A stretch of 58,377 nucleotides of DNA from a virus (taxonomy: Duplodnaviria; Caudoviricetes). The notes beneath the pieces were generated by a model that searched no databases, was not told the DNA's origin, and saw nothing but the letters and a program-made list of their open reading frames with translations. Each line of letters starts with the position of its first letter. The first letter of the stretch is position 1. The stretch is from positions 1 through 58,377 of IMG/VR virus record IMGVR_UViG_3300043172_000336; one strand, 5' to 3'. A program made the position numbers and the translations under genes. Below are positions 34,086 through 44,670 of this stretch, piece by piece.

Positions 34086-36148
34086 TGGCTTACGACGCAG
34101 CAAAATATGACATAGCCGGTAGCTTCTCACGGGGTCGTGAAGGCACACTGAAAGCTAAGCGTGCCCGGCAGCGGATTAAATCTGCTGATATAAAGATTAA
34201 GAACGAGTCGGATTCTTTGGAGTCTCGCCGCCGCACTCAGCAGCGAGACAGAGGCCGTAGCGGGATGCCTCCGCTGGAGTTTGAGAACTACGACACAGAC
34301 ATGCGAGGGCCAGTCAAACGGACTCTGGACTGGATCAAGGAGCGGTCGGCAAATAAAATTAGCCCTGATGCACCAGGCGAAGCTAATTCGACGCAGTATG
34401 CGGAGGAGTATAAGTTAGGCACTCGATATCAGATGGCCCAGACTGCGGCAAAGTCCAAAGAAGCGCAGATGCAGGGGCAAGAAGATGAGATGCTTGCCGA
34501 ACGTTATGCCACGGAAGAGTTTGAACAAGCCGAGATCCCGCAGTACGCGAATGGTGGTCGAGCTATCCCCTCAACTTCACCCAGCGTGAACAGCTACGCT
34601 GACGGTGGAGCGGTAGATGATGGCGGGCAACCAGTGCAGCATGAGGAGCATCGCCCAGGGGTGTTTACTGTTGGCGCTCAACGTGACGCCCCTCTTAATA
34701 GTGTCGTCCCGCAGATGGCTGACGGTGGGATACTGCAGATGGCTGGCGGTGGCGTGGTCGCATCAGAGAGAACACTCTCAGCAGCAGAACGACTCAACCA
34801 GTATGAAAAGGCCAAGAACGCTCCGAGGCCGAGCCAGGCTTTAAGCCCTCAACAGAATCTCGAAGCTCGTGGTGGCGTGCGCGGAAATGTATCGAAGGGC
34901 CGGGGCTTTCTGAACTCACGAGCAGCTCGCATACCTACTTCGGCAATAGGAAGGGGCCTGCGTCATGGCGCTCGTTTCGGCGTCGGTGCCCTTGCCTATG
35001 GCGCTGCTGAGACTGCTGTAGAGTCATACGGCACTGGCACTGATGAGTACCGTGAACGATATGGAATTCCAGAGTCACCGAACGATGGGTGGCGTCGTAC
35101 TGTTGACGATCTCGCTGTCCGTGGCAAAGGGTTCCTGGAAGACTTCGGTAATAAAATAACAGGTGGCGTGGCCGGTGACATCGGATCAGGCATGAACGCC
35201 CCCGACACTGCTATACCTCCTGAACTCCCATCGTCTGTACCACCGGTCAGCGAGGATGAAAAAGTCGGGCAGGACGCAAAGGGTGACGCCGAGCGTATGG
35301 CCGCTGAAGCGGAAGCTGCTAACAAGCCGCCGGGCGAGATTGATTTCTCGAAGGTTGACTTTAAGTCAGGTGACTTCCCCTCTATGACAGTTAAGGATTG
35401 GACTGCGTACCGCTATGCCACAGTTGCTGATCTTGTTGGTATGGGTGTCGGCTATGAAGACGCGCATGACCAGGTATCGAATACGCAGCAGAAGGAATTC
35501 CTTAACTACCTGAAGCAGGGACAGATGCATCTCGAAGTAGGTAATGCTCCCGCCGCTGCCGGTGCCCTACGTATGGCGTTCCAGCATTTCCCCAATGGTT
35601 CTGATGTAAAAATTGGAGTCCACCAAGACCCGAACACGGGCCAGCCTATTCTTCTGGGTATGGGTATGAATGATGAGACAGGTGAACCCGTCGGTCAGCC
35701 ACAATTTATGGATGCTCAGAAGCTCGGCATGATGATCGATAACTTTGGTAACCCTGCCTCGTTCCGTATGTGGACGAAGGATCGTGACGACAATACCTTC
35801 CGCGATAAAGGGCAGAAGATTGAGCAGCAGAGGGCTGATCAAATGGGGCGGTACCAGGAGAAAATGGGTACAGCTGCCCTTGGTCGAGCGTCAGCCGCGA
35901 TACAAGCCGCTGCGAATTCACTCGATGGTATTGAGGATGTCGCAGAGGCCACGAAACGAATTCGTGAAGAACTTTCAATCTCTGGTATTGAATATGATGA
36001 CCAGGTCAAGTTGCTGAGTATAATGGGTCAGATTAAACAGAACGACCCCGGTCTGATCTACCCTGAAATCTACCAACTGGTAGTAAGTCAGTACAAAGCT
36101 GACCCTGAACAACTTGATGAGATGCTTGATTCAATTGGGATACGCTAA
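34085..36148 (+). CDS. internal virion (ejection) protein
   Basis: 687 aa, TAATG-coupled between two other ejection-type genes. Confidence 0.65.
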   Translation: MAYDAAKYDIAGSFSRGREGTLKAKRARQRIKSADIKIKNESDSLESRRRTQQRDRGRSGMPPLEFENYDTDMRGPVKRTLDWIKERSANKISPDAPGEANSTQYAEEYKLGTRYQMAQTAAKSKEAQMQGQEDEMLAERYATEEFEQAEIPQYANGGRAIPSTSPSVNSYADGGAVDDGGQPVQHEEHRPGVFTVGAQRDAPLNSVVPQMADGGILQMAGGGVVASERTLSAAERLNQYEKAKNAPRPSQALSPQQNLEARGGVRGNVSKGRGFLNSRAARIPTSAIGRGLRHGARFGVGALAYGAAETAVESYGTGTDEYRERYGIPESPNDGWRRTVDDLAVRGKGFLEDFGNKITGGVAGDIGSGMNAPDTAIPPELPSSVPPVSEDEKVGQDAKGDAERMAAEAEAANKPPGEIDFSKVDFKSGDFPSMTVKDWTAYRYATVADLVGMGVGYEDAHDQVSNTQQKEFLNYLKQGQMHLEVGNAPAAAGALRMAFQHFPNGSDVKIGVHQDPNTGQPILLGMGMNDETGEPVGQPQFMDAQKLGMMIDNFGNPASFRMWTKDRDDNTFRDKGQKIEQQRADQMGRYQEKMGTAALGRASAAIQAAANSLDGIEDVAEATKRIREELSISGIEYDDQVKLLSIMGQIKQNDPGLIYPEIYQLVVSQYKADPEQLDEMLDSIGIR

Positions 36149-39100
36149 TGCCCTCCTTCAAAGAGACATTTGGGGAGCCATTAACGTACGATCCGGTTGA
36201 TCCAAACAACGACACTCCACCTTCCCCCCGTCTGAAAGCAAAATCCTTTCGTGAGGTGTTCAGTCCCGGTGCCGATCCCGGTGCCGGTGCCGACCCGCCA
36301 CCCGACACGTTCGGGACTAAGAGTTTCGGGGAAGTTTTTCGTGGCCGGGCACGCCTCAACCCACAGCCTAAAGATGAGCCTAGTTTCGCAGGCGACATCG
36401 CTCGTGACCTCTTCTCCGGTGTAGTGCAGACAGGTGAGCTTGCCCTTGGCGGAATAGAATATGCAGCGCGACAGGCAGCAGGGGAAGAAGGTACCTTCGG
36501 CCAGTACATCATCGGCCAGGCGGTGGACCCACTGTCTGCTGCTCGTCGTGCAACAGGTGAATACGCCCAGCAGATCGTAGGCTCTATGTCACAGGAGTCA
36601 GAAGATCTGATCACTCGTGAGTGGACCACCCTGGACCCGGAGAGATCTGTATGGACTCAGGGGGTCGGTGGTGTCACCAAAGCAGTCCTGCTTAAAATGG
36701 CGCAGGCATTACCAGCCACGATAATCACGATGCTGCCAGCTGTCAGGTTATTCAAAGCCGGTATGACACCTGGTGCTATGGCCTACCTCGGTGCATCAGA
36801 AGGTGCGCTCTCTATGGGCGGCATTGCCGCTGGCCTGGCCCAAGAGATTGAGGGCATGACCCATCAGGAGTTACTGAATGAGTCCCCGGTTTACCAAGAG
36901 TTTATAAGCGGAGGGCTTAGCGAAGATGATGCACGTAGCCAATTGATTACCGCTGCCCAAGGTGCGGCACCGCTGATCGGCGGCATACTTGTAGGGTCTA
37001 TCGCTGCCACCGCTGGTAAATGGCTGGAGCCAATCATCGTCGGAAAGGGAGCGAAACTGGCTGGCCGGTTCGGTCGTGGCACAGCTGTTGAGGCCGCACA
37101 GGAATCCCCTCAGTCGGGTGTTGAACAGTTCATGCAGAACGTTGCCGCCCAGGTCTTCGACGCCGACAGGCAGCTCAGCGAGGGCGTAGCAGAGGCCATG
37201 ATCGAGGGCGGCATCATCGGTGGCTTGACCGGCGGTGTCTTCACGGGCGTGATGGGGGCCAGGCCACAGCAACCGGCTGGGCAGGCCCCTGAACAAGCCC
37301 CGGACCCCACTGAAGACTTCCCGGAGGCTGAACCCACTGACCTTAGTGCGGCCCTGGTTCCAGTAGACCAGCCGCTGGGCCAGATGGACCTTCCACTCAC
37401 ACGTAGGGAACGTGGATTTCCACGCGCCCCTATCCCCCCTGGTCAGCAGCCTGGACCTGACCCAACGGACTACAGTCCTGACCTGGGTCCACTTGGCGGT
37501 GCCCAGGACAAACTGTTCGGCACCCAGCCTAGTGGTGCCCAAGATCCCCGACAAGGTGACCTGTTCGACCCGGTAGCAGCTGGCGACACCACTGCGGAAC
37601 CTCTGAGGGACATCGAGGCCCAGATCCTGGAGATGCAACGCCCGGAGAGCGGCAAGGACGCCGTGTTCTTATCCTCTGCGAGCATTGAACATCTTCAGAG
37701 GTCTGGTGACCTCGAAGCGTTTTTGGATAGCGGTGTAGCCCTCACCAATTTCGATGGGGCGGGCGGTGTACTGTTAGCAAAGGACAGACAGGCAGCGGTG
37801 GGGTTCACTGAAGATCGGAATACCGGTGGTGATGTGGAGCGGATCATTGGCCTTGCTACTGGAGATGGTGTTGGGAAACCCATGTCACGGGTAGGCTCCG
37901 CGTTTGCAACCACGGTTGTACAACGCCGTGACGAAGCTGGGAACATTGTTCAGGAACGAGTCGTCGCCGACGAGGAGGAGGCTCTCCTTATTGAAGCTCA
38001 GTGGGAGCAGAAGTATCCCAACTTTGACATTATGATCAGGACCGCCGACGCCGTGCAGATGCGCCGGGCCGAGCGCGTACAACACGAAGATGCACAGGCT
38101 CAGGCCGTGGTTGCTGAGCAAGAATTGCAACGGCAGCTTGCGGAGGAGCGGGCCGACACTGAGCAAGAGTTCGATGTCGCTACCAGATTCCTTGACGAGG
38201 ATACCCGTACCCGAACAGCCGGTGCCCAGACTCCTACCCGAGCCGCTGCCCGACTGGTCGGCGAGGCCACTCGTCAGTCAGGTGAGCGACAGCGTATCGG
38301 TGGGTTCTACCCGCCCGAGGTTCTGGAATTCCAAAGCCCGACCGCTGGAAAGAATTACGACAAAGCGTTTACCGAACTGGTGGACCAAGAGATTACTATC
38401 AAGCAGGAAGAACTTGCTCGGGAAGACTGGCCCCGTGGTGTGCGCCCCAAACATTTGAAGGGTGGCACCGGCCAGGTTACGAAGCGTCTCTCCAAAGCTG
38501 GAGACAAAGCACGCAGTCGTCGGACTGCCCTGCTCCATGAGCTGGGTAAGATCCGTGCGAAGGCCAAGCCTATACGTAGGAAAGCAGCAAACATTATTGA
38601 GGCTGCTCGGGAGCTGTCACCTGAAACTGTTGAAGGCGCAGCCCGTGGTACTCCAGCTACGAAAGAACGTGAGGATACACCGGCAGCGGCAGCGATTCCT
38701 AACACGCAAATGCTGGGGAATCTAACTGACTCAAAAATAGATGTGCTTACCGGTGCAGAGCTTGCGAGAGTTTTCAAGCAGGCTGCCACCTGGATGGCTG
38801 GTCGTTGGATCGCACTACAGTTGGAGTACGAAGGCGGTCCGAAAACTCTGGAAAATATTCCCGAAGGTGCCGAGCTGCTGGCGATCAGTGTCCCCGTGAT
38901 GAAGACCAAGCAAGAGCTTTGGGTAATAGAGAGCGTTAAGAAAGGATCGCCACCGGAAGGCATGAAAGGTCCTTGGGTTGATTACGTGGTACGGCAAGGG
39001 GAGAAAGACCTAACGAAATACGTAAAGGAAGGGATGACAAAAGAAGAAATTAAGGAAGCGACTGCGAGAGATCTAAAGGAAAACACGAGTGTTGGTAAGC

Positions 39101-42100
39101 GGCGGGGTACTGTTAAGGCTACCCGTGCCTGGCTCACAGACGAAGGCAAGAAATCAAAGTGGTCGATCGTCTATAAGAATAACAAGATCAAAAATATAAA
39201 CACGAAGGGCATAGAGGAAGGGCTGACTATTGATCGGCTCTCGCAAGGCTACTCTACTAAGGCTGCCCAACGTAAATTGATCCGCCGGGTCAAGGCGTTG
39301 ATTGTTTCCGGGCGGCACGGCGGTTGGACTAAGTCGCCGGAAATATCTGCAAGTATTAAACAACGCCAGATGAAAGCAGAGGTAGATCCGGGGGTCCTCC
39401 GTCGTAGTGGGGCGTTCGATGTTACGGTTCTTGGGCATGAGGTCTTCAAGCAAGATGAGTCAACGCCCGATCGTCTGAAACGTATTGCATTATCTAAGAG
39501 GCTACGCGCTAACCTAGATAAAACGATCCGTCGTGCTGCCAAGCACATGAGTAAGATGAACTCCGGTAAGTTTGCTGACCTGATCAATGAGCGAGATGAC
39601 GGTAGCCTTACTGACGCAGCACGCGACATGATCCACGGCAAGGCGTACTTCCGTGTCATTGCTGAGTTCGCCACATCGCTGGTTCGATCTAAGAACTCGA
39701 ACAAAGATGTAAACGAGCAGATGGATAAGGTCGATCAATTTCTAAAGAAAGCAATCGGCCTGCCAGCGAAAGACTTCGCTCGGGTATTAGGTAGGTTGCT
39801 ACGGGCAGAGTCACAGACACAAGTCCGTAACATAGAGGGGTTCTCTGATGCCACGAAATCGACCCTCGCTAATCCGGCCCAGCGTGAAAAGAAAAACGCT
39901 GAAGCTACTGCTCGGTTGCTAGCTGCAATCGCACAGGCAAATCGGATGGAGCATTTTTGGAAGACGAACAGCTACTACAATAATATCGTTGCCCCCCTCG
40001 TGCATAAGTTTGCTAACTCTACAGCCAGTGATGGCTGGCCGAGCTACCAACCGACCGAGGAAGAACTGCAGCAGGTGCAGTGGGTAATGAAGGGATGGGA
40101 TATCCCTCGACTTCGAAAGGAGATGTATACACCGATCCGTAATTTCTTCAAAACCGCTGGGCTTGAATTTACCCCCAGAAAGAAAGACGGCACCGGAGGG
40201 GAGTTGATCATCCCTTACAACGAGGAAGGGAAGTACGACTACTCTCCTTCAAACTTCGCGTTGGAAAGTAAATTCAAGAAACGGTTTGGTAGTGCAGAAG
40301 ACACCAGGTGGGGTGGTATCTGGGACGACGTTGCTCGTCAGACCTACGACCCCCAGGCTGCCGAAGATGCTCGTGAAGACGCGATGAAGGCAGCAGACAC
40401 CAGGTCTGAGCTGGCGACGTTCACCCGACACGCCCAAGCCAATCGAATCATCGAGGAGTTCCGAACGTTTATCTCGAACCCGAAGACAACTATCCCTGGC
40501 ATGATACGTGCCGAGGAGCGCCTGATCCGTGTGTTCAAAGAGCTACGCATGTGGCGTGACACCCCCAGTCCCAAGATGGGACGTATCATGTTTGGTACAC
40601 CCCGCACTCATCGTATCGTTGGCCCTCGTCTTGCGGCGAAGGAGATACGTAAGGACGAAGCTCGGAAACTATTGCTTGCGTCAGTGAAGACTCAGCCCCT
40701 GCCTAAAGCCTGGCGGAAGAACGAAGCTGTCGCCAACGCTGCCCGAGAACAGGTCCGTGCCGAGACGGAGTCGTTCATGCAGGCTACTGATCCGGGGCCA
40801 AGCATCGGCCAGTTCCGTCAGACAGCAGCGATGCTCACTAATAAGCTGGACGATATAACCAACCCGATCAAGATGAATGAGCTTCTGGACATGATCGTTG
40901 CTGGTATTCCAGAGTCACATATGTACCACACCCTGGCGAATCGTATCCGTGCCCTGAATCTCGATGACGTTCTTGTGTCATGGGACTGGCGGAGCCAGAT
41001 CGAAGACCCGCACACAATGGGCCTCTCAAAGTGGGAAGAAGATCCGGCCAATGCCAATGGACAGCTGCGGTATATCCTGCTTAATAAACGAGGTCTCAGT
41101 AAGACACTACACAGACGTGAGCCTCAAGCCAGGCTGCTGCATACCCTCATGCATGAGGCGACACACATGGCGGTGAACGGTGCCATGGATAGAAACCTGG
41201 CAGTGCGAACAATGATGAGGCAGCTTAAGAGGCAAGCACTGGAGCAGTGGGCTACTAACCCAGCAGAACAGGGGAGAGACGTACCCTATGGGTTGAATGC
41301 TTTAGCGGTAGATGAGTTTGTGACCGAAGCATTTTCGAACCCTCAGTTCCAGCAGTTCCTGAAACGTACGAAGATACAGGGTGAAGCACAGACCTTCTGG
41401 CAGAAGATGTTGAATTTTGTTAGGCAGCTACTGGGCCTGCCAGCTAATGACGTACGCGCTACGAACGCACTCGAAGCGATCATGCAAACAACCGACATGC
41501 TATTCACGGGCGAGGTCCGTGACCTCACTGGCAAAGGTACGATGCAAGCGAACCTGGATGTCATGGACTCTGCTCTGAAACCCATCGCTCAGAGTGTCAT
41601 CGGTGACATCGGTAATTCTATGCAGGCAATGCAGTCGGGGTGGGACAAGGCTAAGAAGCTGCGCCTCCGTGCGCCGCTGCACCTCATGTCGATGCGTCAG
41701 ATCCACTACGAGTTCAGACGGTTCTTTAATGATGCCGAGGGTAAAAACCCACTGGACAGGTACAAGGAAGCATGGGAACGCCGCGACTCTGAGAACTCGA
41801 AGCTCATGCATGTCGGTGAGCTACTGTCTACTGTGTGGACAGGACTAACTGAGAGAGGTGGCGTAGCCAATGCCCTTGAGTTTTCAAAGGTGGCTACTGA
41901 AGCGTCACTCTATATGATGCACCCGAATCTCCCACTGGACCACGAGAAAAACGAACACATCACATCGAAGGAACAACACGCCAAGCACGCTGAGTTGGCT
42001 AGACGTTTTAACGCTATGTCGTCAGGCTGGCAGAGTTTGTGGAAGCAGGTGCAGAAGTACTACGCTAACGCCATTGCTGATGAGACTTCGCTCATCATGA

Positions 42101-44670
42101 TCAATGCTCTCCGTGGTGTAGTCTCCCGTGGGGATTACTCGGTCATGGACCGTGATGTATTCGATGCGAAGTATACGCAGGAGTCAGTTGCTGAGTTGAA
42201 ACTTGATACCCAGGAAGGTATACGTAAAGAGTTTCCTGACCTGGCTCCCGAACAGGTAACCGCCCTGGTTACGATCGCATCTATACCAACCCAACGTCGT
42301 GGTCCCTACTTCCCGATGATGCGCTACGGAGAATATCTTGTGTACTCTGAGAAAGAGACAGAGGCCAAGCGGTTCGCCGATAGGAAAGACGCGAATGCAT
42401 ACGCTGCCCAGCGGCGGGCTGAAGACCCGACACTTGATGCGAAGGTGAGAACCACAGGTGAAAACGAACACACGGCGGTCATAACTGAAAAAGATTTCAG
42501 GACGTTTGAGACACGTACCGAAGCTGATGCGACAAGGCTAGAAATGGTTGGGCTGTATGGAGAGACCGCCACATCATCTGTTCAGGTAAAGCATAAGTTC
42601 AAACCGGACGATACAGTTAGCTCTGGCTCTGCGCTCCGTCAAATCCTGGATAGCCTCGACGGGAATGCCAAAGCGCAATCCGCGATCAAGAACTGGTGGC
42701 TGCAGAATCTCTCTGACAGTTCATTCAGGAAGCACGAGATCAAACGAAAGAATCGTCGCGGTGTGGACTATGAGTCGCAGCATCGAAACTTTACTAACTA
42801 CGTGAAGAAGTCTGCGTACTATCGATCGCAGCTTAAGTACGGTAGAGAGATGGCGGACGGGATGCAGGACATCATTGACTACACGAAACAGTACAAGGAC
42901 ACCTCTGGGCCAGATGGAACCACGGCTGTACGGCTGGGCCAGGTGAGGAATCATCTGCAGAAACGTGACTCATTCCTGAACGATCTATCCGAGCCGTCGA
43001 AACTTATCCGTCGTGGTACTGAAGTCGGACAGCTGATGATGTTGTTCGGTCCTTCGTACTGGATGATCAATGCTACGCAACCGTATGTTGTAACTCTCCC
43101 TTGGATGGCCGCCCGGTATGGATGGGGTCCTGCGCTGGCAGTTCTCAAGAATGCTCAGCAGCTAATCATCAGTCCTCTCCTAACAGCCACGAAGGAATCA
43201 ATGGGCGGGATAAAAGCATTGACCTCCAAGGAGGCTGCCGAGAAAGCGTTCAATGTTGTGGACCAGGTGAAGGAAATCATTACCAAACGAGCTGGTGACC
43301 GGGCCTCTGCTTACAACGACATGATTGAACAGCTGCGTAATGTAAGCATCATTGATCTGTCGTGGATTGCTGAGCTGCGTGACATATCTGAGGGCCGGGA
43401 CACTGGTAAATTCCAGAAGACAATCGATGCCACCCGAGTCATGGGCCACCTCACTGAGGTGAACAATCGTATACTCTCGGCCATCGCTGCTTACGATCTC
43501 ATGTACCAGGACCAGGTAGGGAAAGGTCTCAACCACGACGATGCCCACGCAGCTGGTGTGGAGTTCGCTAAGGAATCGACATCGATAACCCACTTTGATT
43601 ACTCTGCTGGGAACAAGCCACTGCTGTTCCAGCCGAACGGACCCCTGGGTAAAGTATCGCCGTTGGTCTTCCAGTTCCTGCAATGGCCGCAGCATATGTA
43701 CGCGACGTTGATTGGTAACACGGCTGCCATGGTTAATGGGGGCACGGTCGATCGCATGGTGGCTGCCAAGACAATCGCCTACATGACGGGTACACACATC
43801 GCTGTCGGTGGCATGATCGGGGTGGCCCTGCAACCAATGAAGTGGGCGATCGGCGCTGCCTTGTACGCCTTCGGTGATGACGATGACATCAACAGTTTGC
43901 AGACAGTTGTCTCAGGAGAGACGTACGACAGGTGGATGAGAGAAGGGGCAACAGATCTCCTTGGGAAGAAGCTGGGCCACGCACTAGCGTCCGGTCTCCC
44001 GGCAGCGTTCTTAGATGTAGAGCTGTCCTCAAGGATGTCAATGGGAACGGTTTACTTCGTTGACCTGAAAACTGACACCGCAGAGTCAGCACTCGGTAGC
44101 CTCGCCGCTGGCTTAGGTGGCCCGTGGGTGAACATTGCGATGGGTGCTGCCAAAGGTTTGCCTATGATGGGCCGGGGTTTGTTCAAGGGGACAGGAGAAT
44201 TCCAGCGCGGCCTGGAGTACTTCCTGCCGAAAGCATTCAAGGACATCTCTAAGACAGTCCGCTATGCAACCGAGGGGCTAGTCAATAACGCTGGTGACAC
44301 AGTCATGGACACGGATGGTATCTCTGGGCAGCAGTTGTTCTTGCAGTCACTCGGGTTCCGTCCCGCCGAGATCGCTGACTTCTATTCACGCCAGGCTCTT
44401 ATTAAAGACACCGAGCGGTTCGGCAAAGAGCGGGCCAGTAGTTTGCTCAAGCGGTATCGAACTGCACGCAGCAGTGAGCAACGTAACAGGGTCTCGCATG
44501 AGATCGCCGTGTTCAACCAGGTGTTTCCTTACACGCCTATCACTTACTCATCGCTGTTACGAGCCGTAAAGGGTAAGCGTGAACGTGAGGCCAGCTACCG
44601 TCGATCTGGTGCCGCGCTGAGGGGCCGTGCTATAATGCTCCAACGCGAAGGTGAGTTCTATAAAAAATAA
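36148..44670 (+). CDS. giant internal virion / polyvalent-type protein, 2840 aa
   Basis: Gly/Ala-rich N-terminal helices, HEATH zincin-like motif with downstream EF..EA, PYFPMMRYG (PLxRFG-like) motif; last gene of the virion block. Confidence 0.8.
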   Translation: MPSFKETFGEPLTYDPVDPNNDTPPSPRLKAKSFREVFSPGADPGAGADPPPDTFGTKSFGEVFRGRARLNPQPKDEPSFAGDIARDLFSGVVQTGELALGGIEYAARQAAGEEGTFGQYIIGQAVDPLSAARRATGEYAQQIVGSMSQESEDLITREWTTLDPERSVWTQGVGGVTKAVLLKMAQALPATIITMLPAVRLFKAGMTPGAMAYLGASEGALSMGGIAAGLAQEIEGMTHQELLNESPVYQEFISGGLSEDDARSQLITAAQGAAPLIGGILVGSIAATAGKWLEPIIVGKGAKLAGRFGRGTAVEAAQESPQSGVEQFMQNVAAQVFDADRQLSEGVAEAMIEGGIIGGLTGGVFTGVMGARPQQPAGQAPEQAPDPTEDFPEAEPTDLSAALVPVDQPLGQMDLPLTRRERGFPRAPIPPGQQPGPDPTDYSPDLGPLGGAQDKLFGTQPSGAQDPRQGDLFDPVAAGDTTAEPLRDIEAQILEMQRPESGKDAVFLSSASIEHLQRSGDLEAFLDSGVALTNFDGAGGVLLAKDRQAAVGFTEDRNTGGDVERIIGLATGDGVGKPMSRVGSAFATTVVQRRDEAGNIVQERVVADEEEALLIEAQWEQKYPNFDIMIRTADAVQMRRAERVQHEDAQAQAVVAEQELQRQLAEERADTEQEFDVATRFLDEDTRTRTAGAQTPTRAAARLVGEATRQSGERQRIGGFYPPEVLEFQSPTAGKNYDKAFTELVDQEITIKQEELAREDWPRGVRPKHLKGGTGQVTKRLSKAGDKARSRRTALLHELGKIRAKAKPIRRKAANIIEAARELSPETVEGAARGTPATKEREDTPAAAAIPNTQMLGNLTDSKIDVLTGAELARVFKQAATWMAGRWIALQLEYEGGPKTLENIPEGAELLAISVPVMKTKQELWVIESVKKGSPPEGMKGPWVDYVVRQGEKDLTKYVKEGMTKEEIKEATARDLKENTSVGKRRGTVKATRAWLTDEGKKSKWSIVYKNNKIKNINTKGIEEGLTIDRLSQGYSTKAAQRKLIRRVKALIVSGRHGGWTKSPEISASIKQRQMKAEVDPGVLRRSGAFDVTVLGHEVFKQDESTPDRLKRIALSKRLRANLDKTIRRAAKHMSKMNSGKFADLINERDDGSLTDAARDMIHGKAYFRVIAEFATSLVRSKNSNKDVNEQMDKVDQFLKKAIGLPAKDFARVLGRLLRAESQTQVRNIEGFSDATKSTLANPAQREKKNAEATARLLAAIAQANRMEHFWKTNSYYNNIVAPLVHKFANSTASDGWPSYQPTEEELQQVQWVMKGWDIPRLRKEMYTPIRNFFKTAGLEFTPRKKDGTGGELIIPYNEEGKYDYSPSNFALESKFKKRFGSAEDTRWGGIWDDVARQTYDPQAAEDAREDAMKAADTRSELATFTRHAQANRIIEEFRTFISNPKTTIPGMIRAEERLIRVFKELRMWRDTPSPKMGRIMFGTPRTHRIVGPRLAAKEIRKDEARKLLLASVKTQPLPKAWRKNEAVANAAREQVRAETESFMQATDPGPSIGQFRQTAAMLTNKLDDITNPIKMNELLDMIVAGIPESHMYHTLANRIRALNLDDVLVSWDWRSQIEDPHTMGLSKWEEDPANANGQLRYILLNKRGLSKTLHRREPQARLLHTLMHEATHMAVNGAMDRNLAVRTMMRQLKRQALEQWATNPAEQGRDVPYGLNALAVDEFVTEAFSNPQFQQFLKRTKIQGEAQTFWQKMLNFVRQLLGLPANDVRATNALEAIMQTTDMLFTGEVRDLTGKGTMQANLDVMDSALKPIAQSVIGDIGNSMQAMQSGWDKAKKLRLRAPLHLMSMRQIHYEFRRFFNDAEGKNPLDRYKEAWERRDSENSKLMHVGELLSTVWTGLTERGGVANALEFSKVATEASLYMMHPNLPLDHEKNEHITSKEQHAKHAELARRFNAMSSGWQSLWKQVQKYYANAIADETSLIMINALRGVVSRGDYSVMDRDVFDAKYTQESVAELKLDTQEGIRKEFPDLAPEQVTALVTIASIPTQRRGPYFPMMRYGEYLVYSEKETEAKRFADRKDANAYAAQRRAEDPTLDAKVRTTGENEHTAVITEKDFRTFETRTEADATRLEMVGLYGETATSSVQVKHKFKPDDTVSSGSALRQILDSLDGNAKAQSAIKNWWLQNLSDSSFRKHEIKRKNRRGVDYESQHRNFTNYVKKSAYYRSQLKYGREMADGMQDIIDYTKQYKDTSGPDGTTAVRLGQVRNHLQKRDSFLNDLSEPSKLIRRGTEVGQLMMLFGPSYWMINATQPYVVTLPWMAARYGWGPALAVLKNAQQLIISPLLTATKESMGGIKALTSKEAAEKAFNVVDQVKEIITKRAGDRASAYNDMIEQLRNVSIIDLSWIAELRDISEGRDTGKFQKTIDATRVMGHLTEVNNRILSAIAAYDLMYQDQVGKGLNHDDAHAAGVEFAKESTSITHFDYSAGNKPLLFQPNGPLGKVSPLVFQFLQWPQHMYATLIGNTAAMVNGGTVDRMVAAKTIAYMTGTHIAVGGMIGVALQPMKWAIGAALYAFGDDDDINSLQTVVSGETYDRWMREGATDLLGKKLGHALASGLPAAFLDVELSSRMSMGTVYFVDLKTDTAESALGSLAAGLGGPWVNIAMGAAKGLPMMGRGLFKGTGEFQRGLEYFLPKAFKDISKTVRYATEGLVNNAGDTVMDTDGISGQQLFLQSLGFRPAEIADFYSRQALIKDTERFGKERASSLLKRYRTARSSEQRNRVSHEIAVFNQVFPYTPITYSSLLRAVKGKREREASYRRSGAALRGRAIMLQREGEFYKK

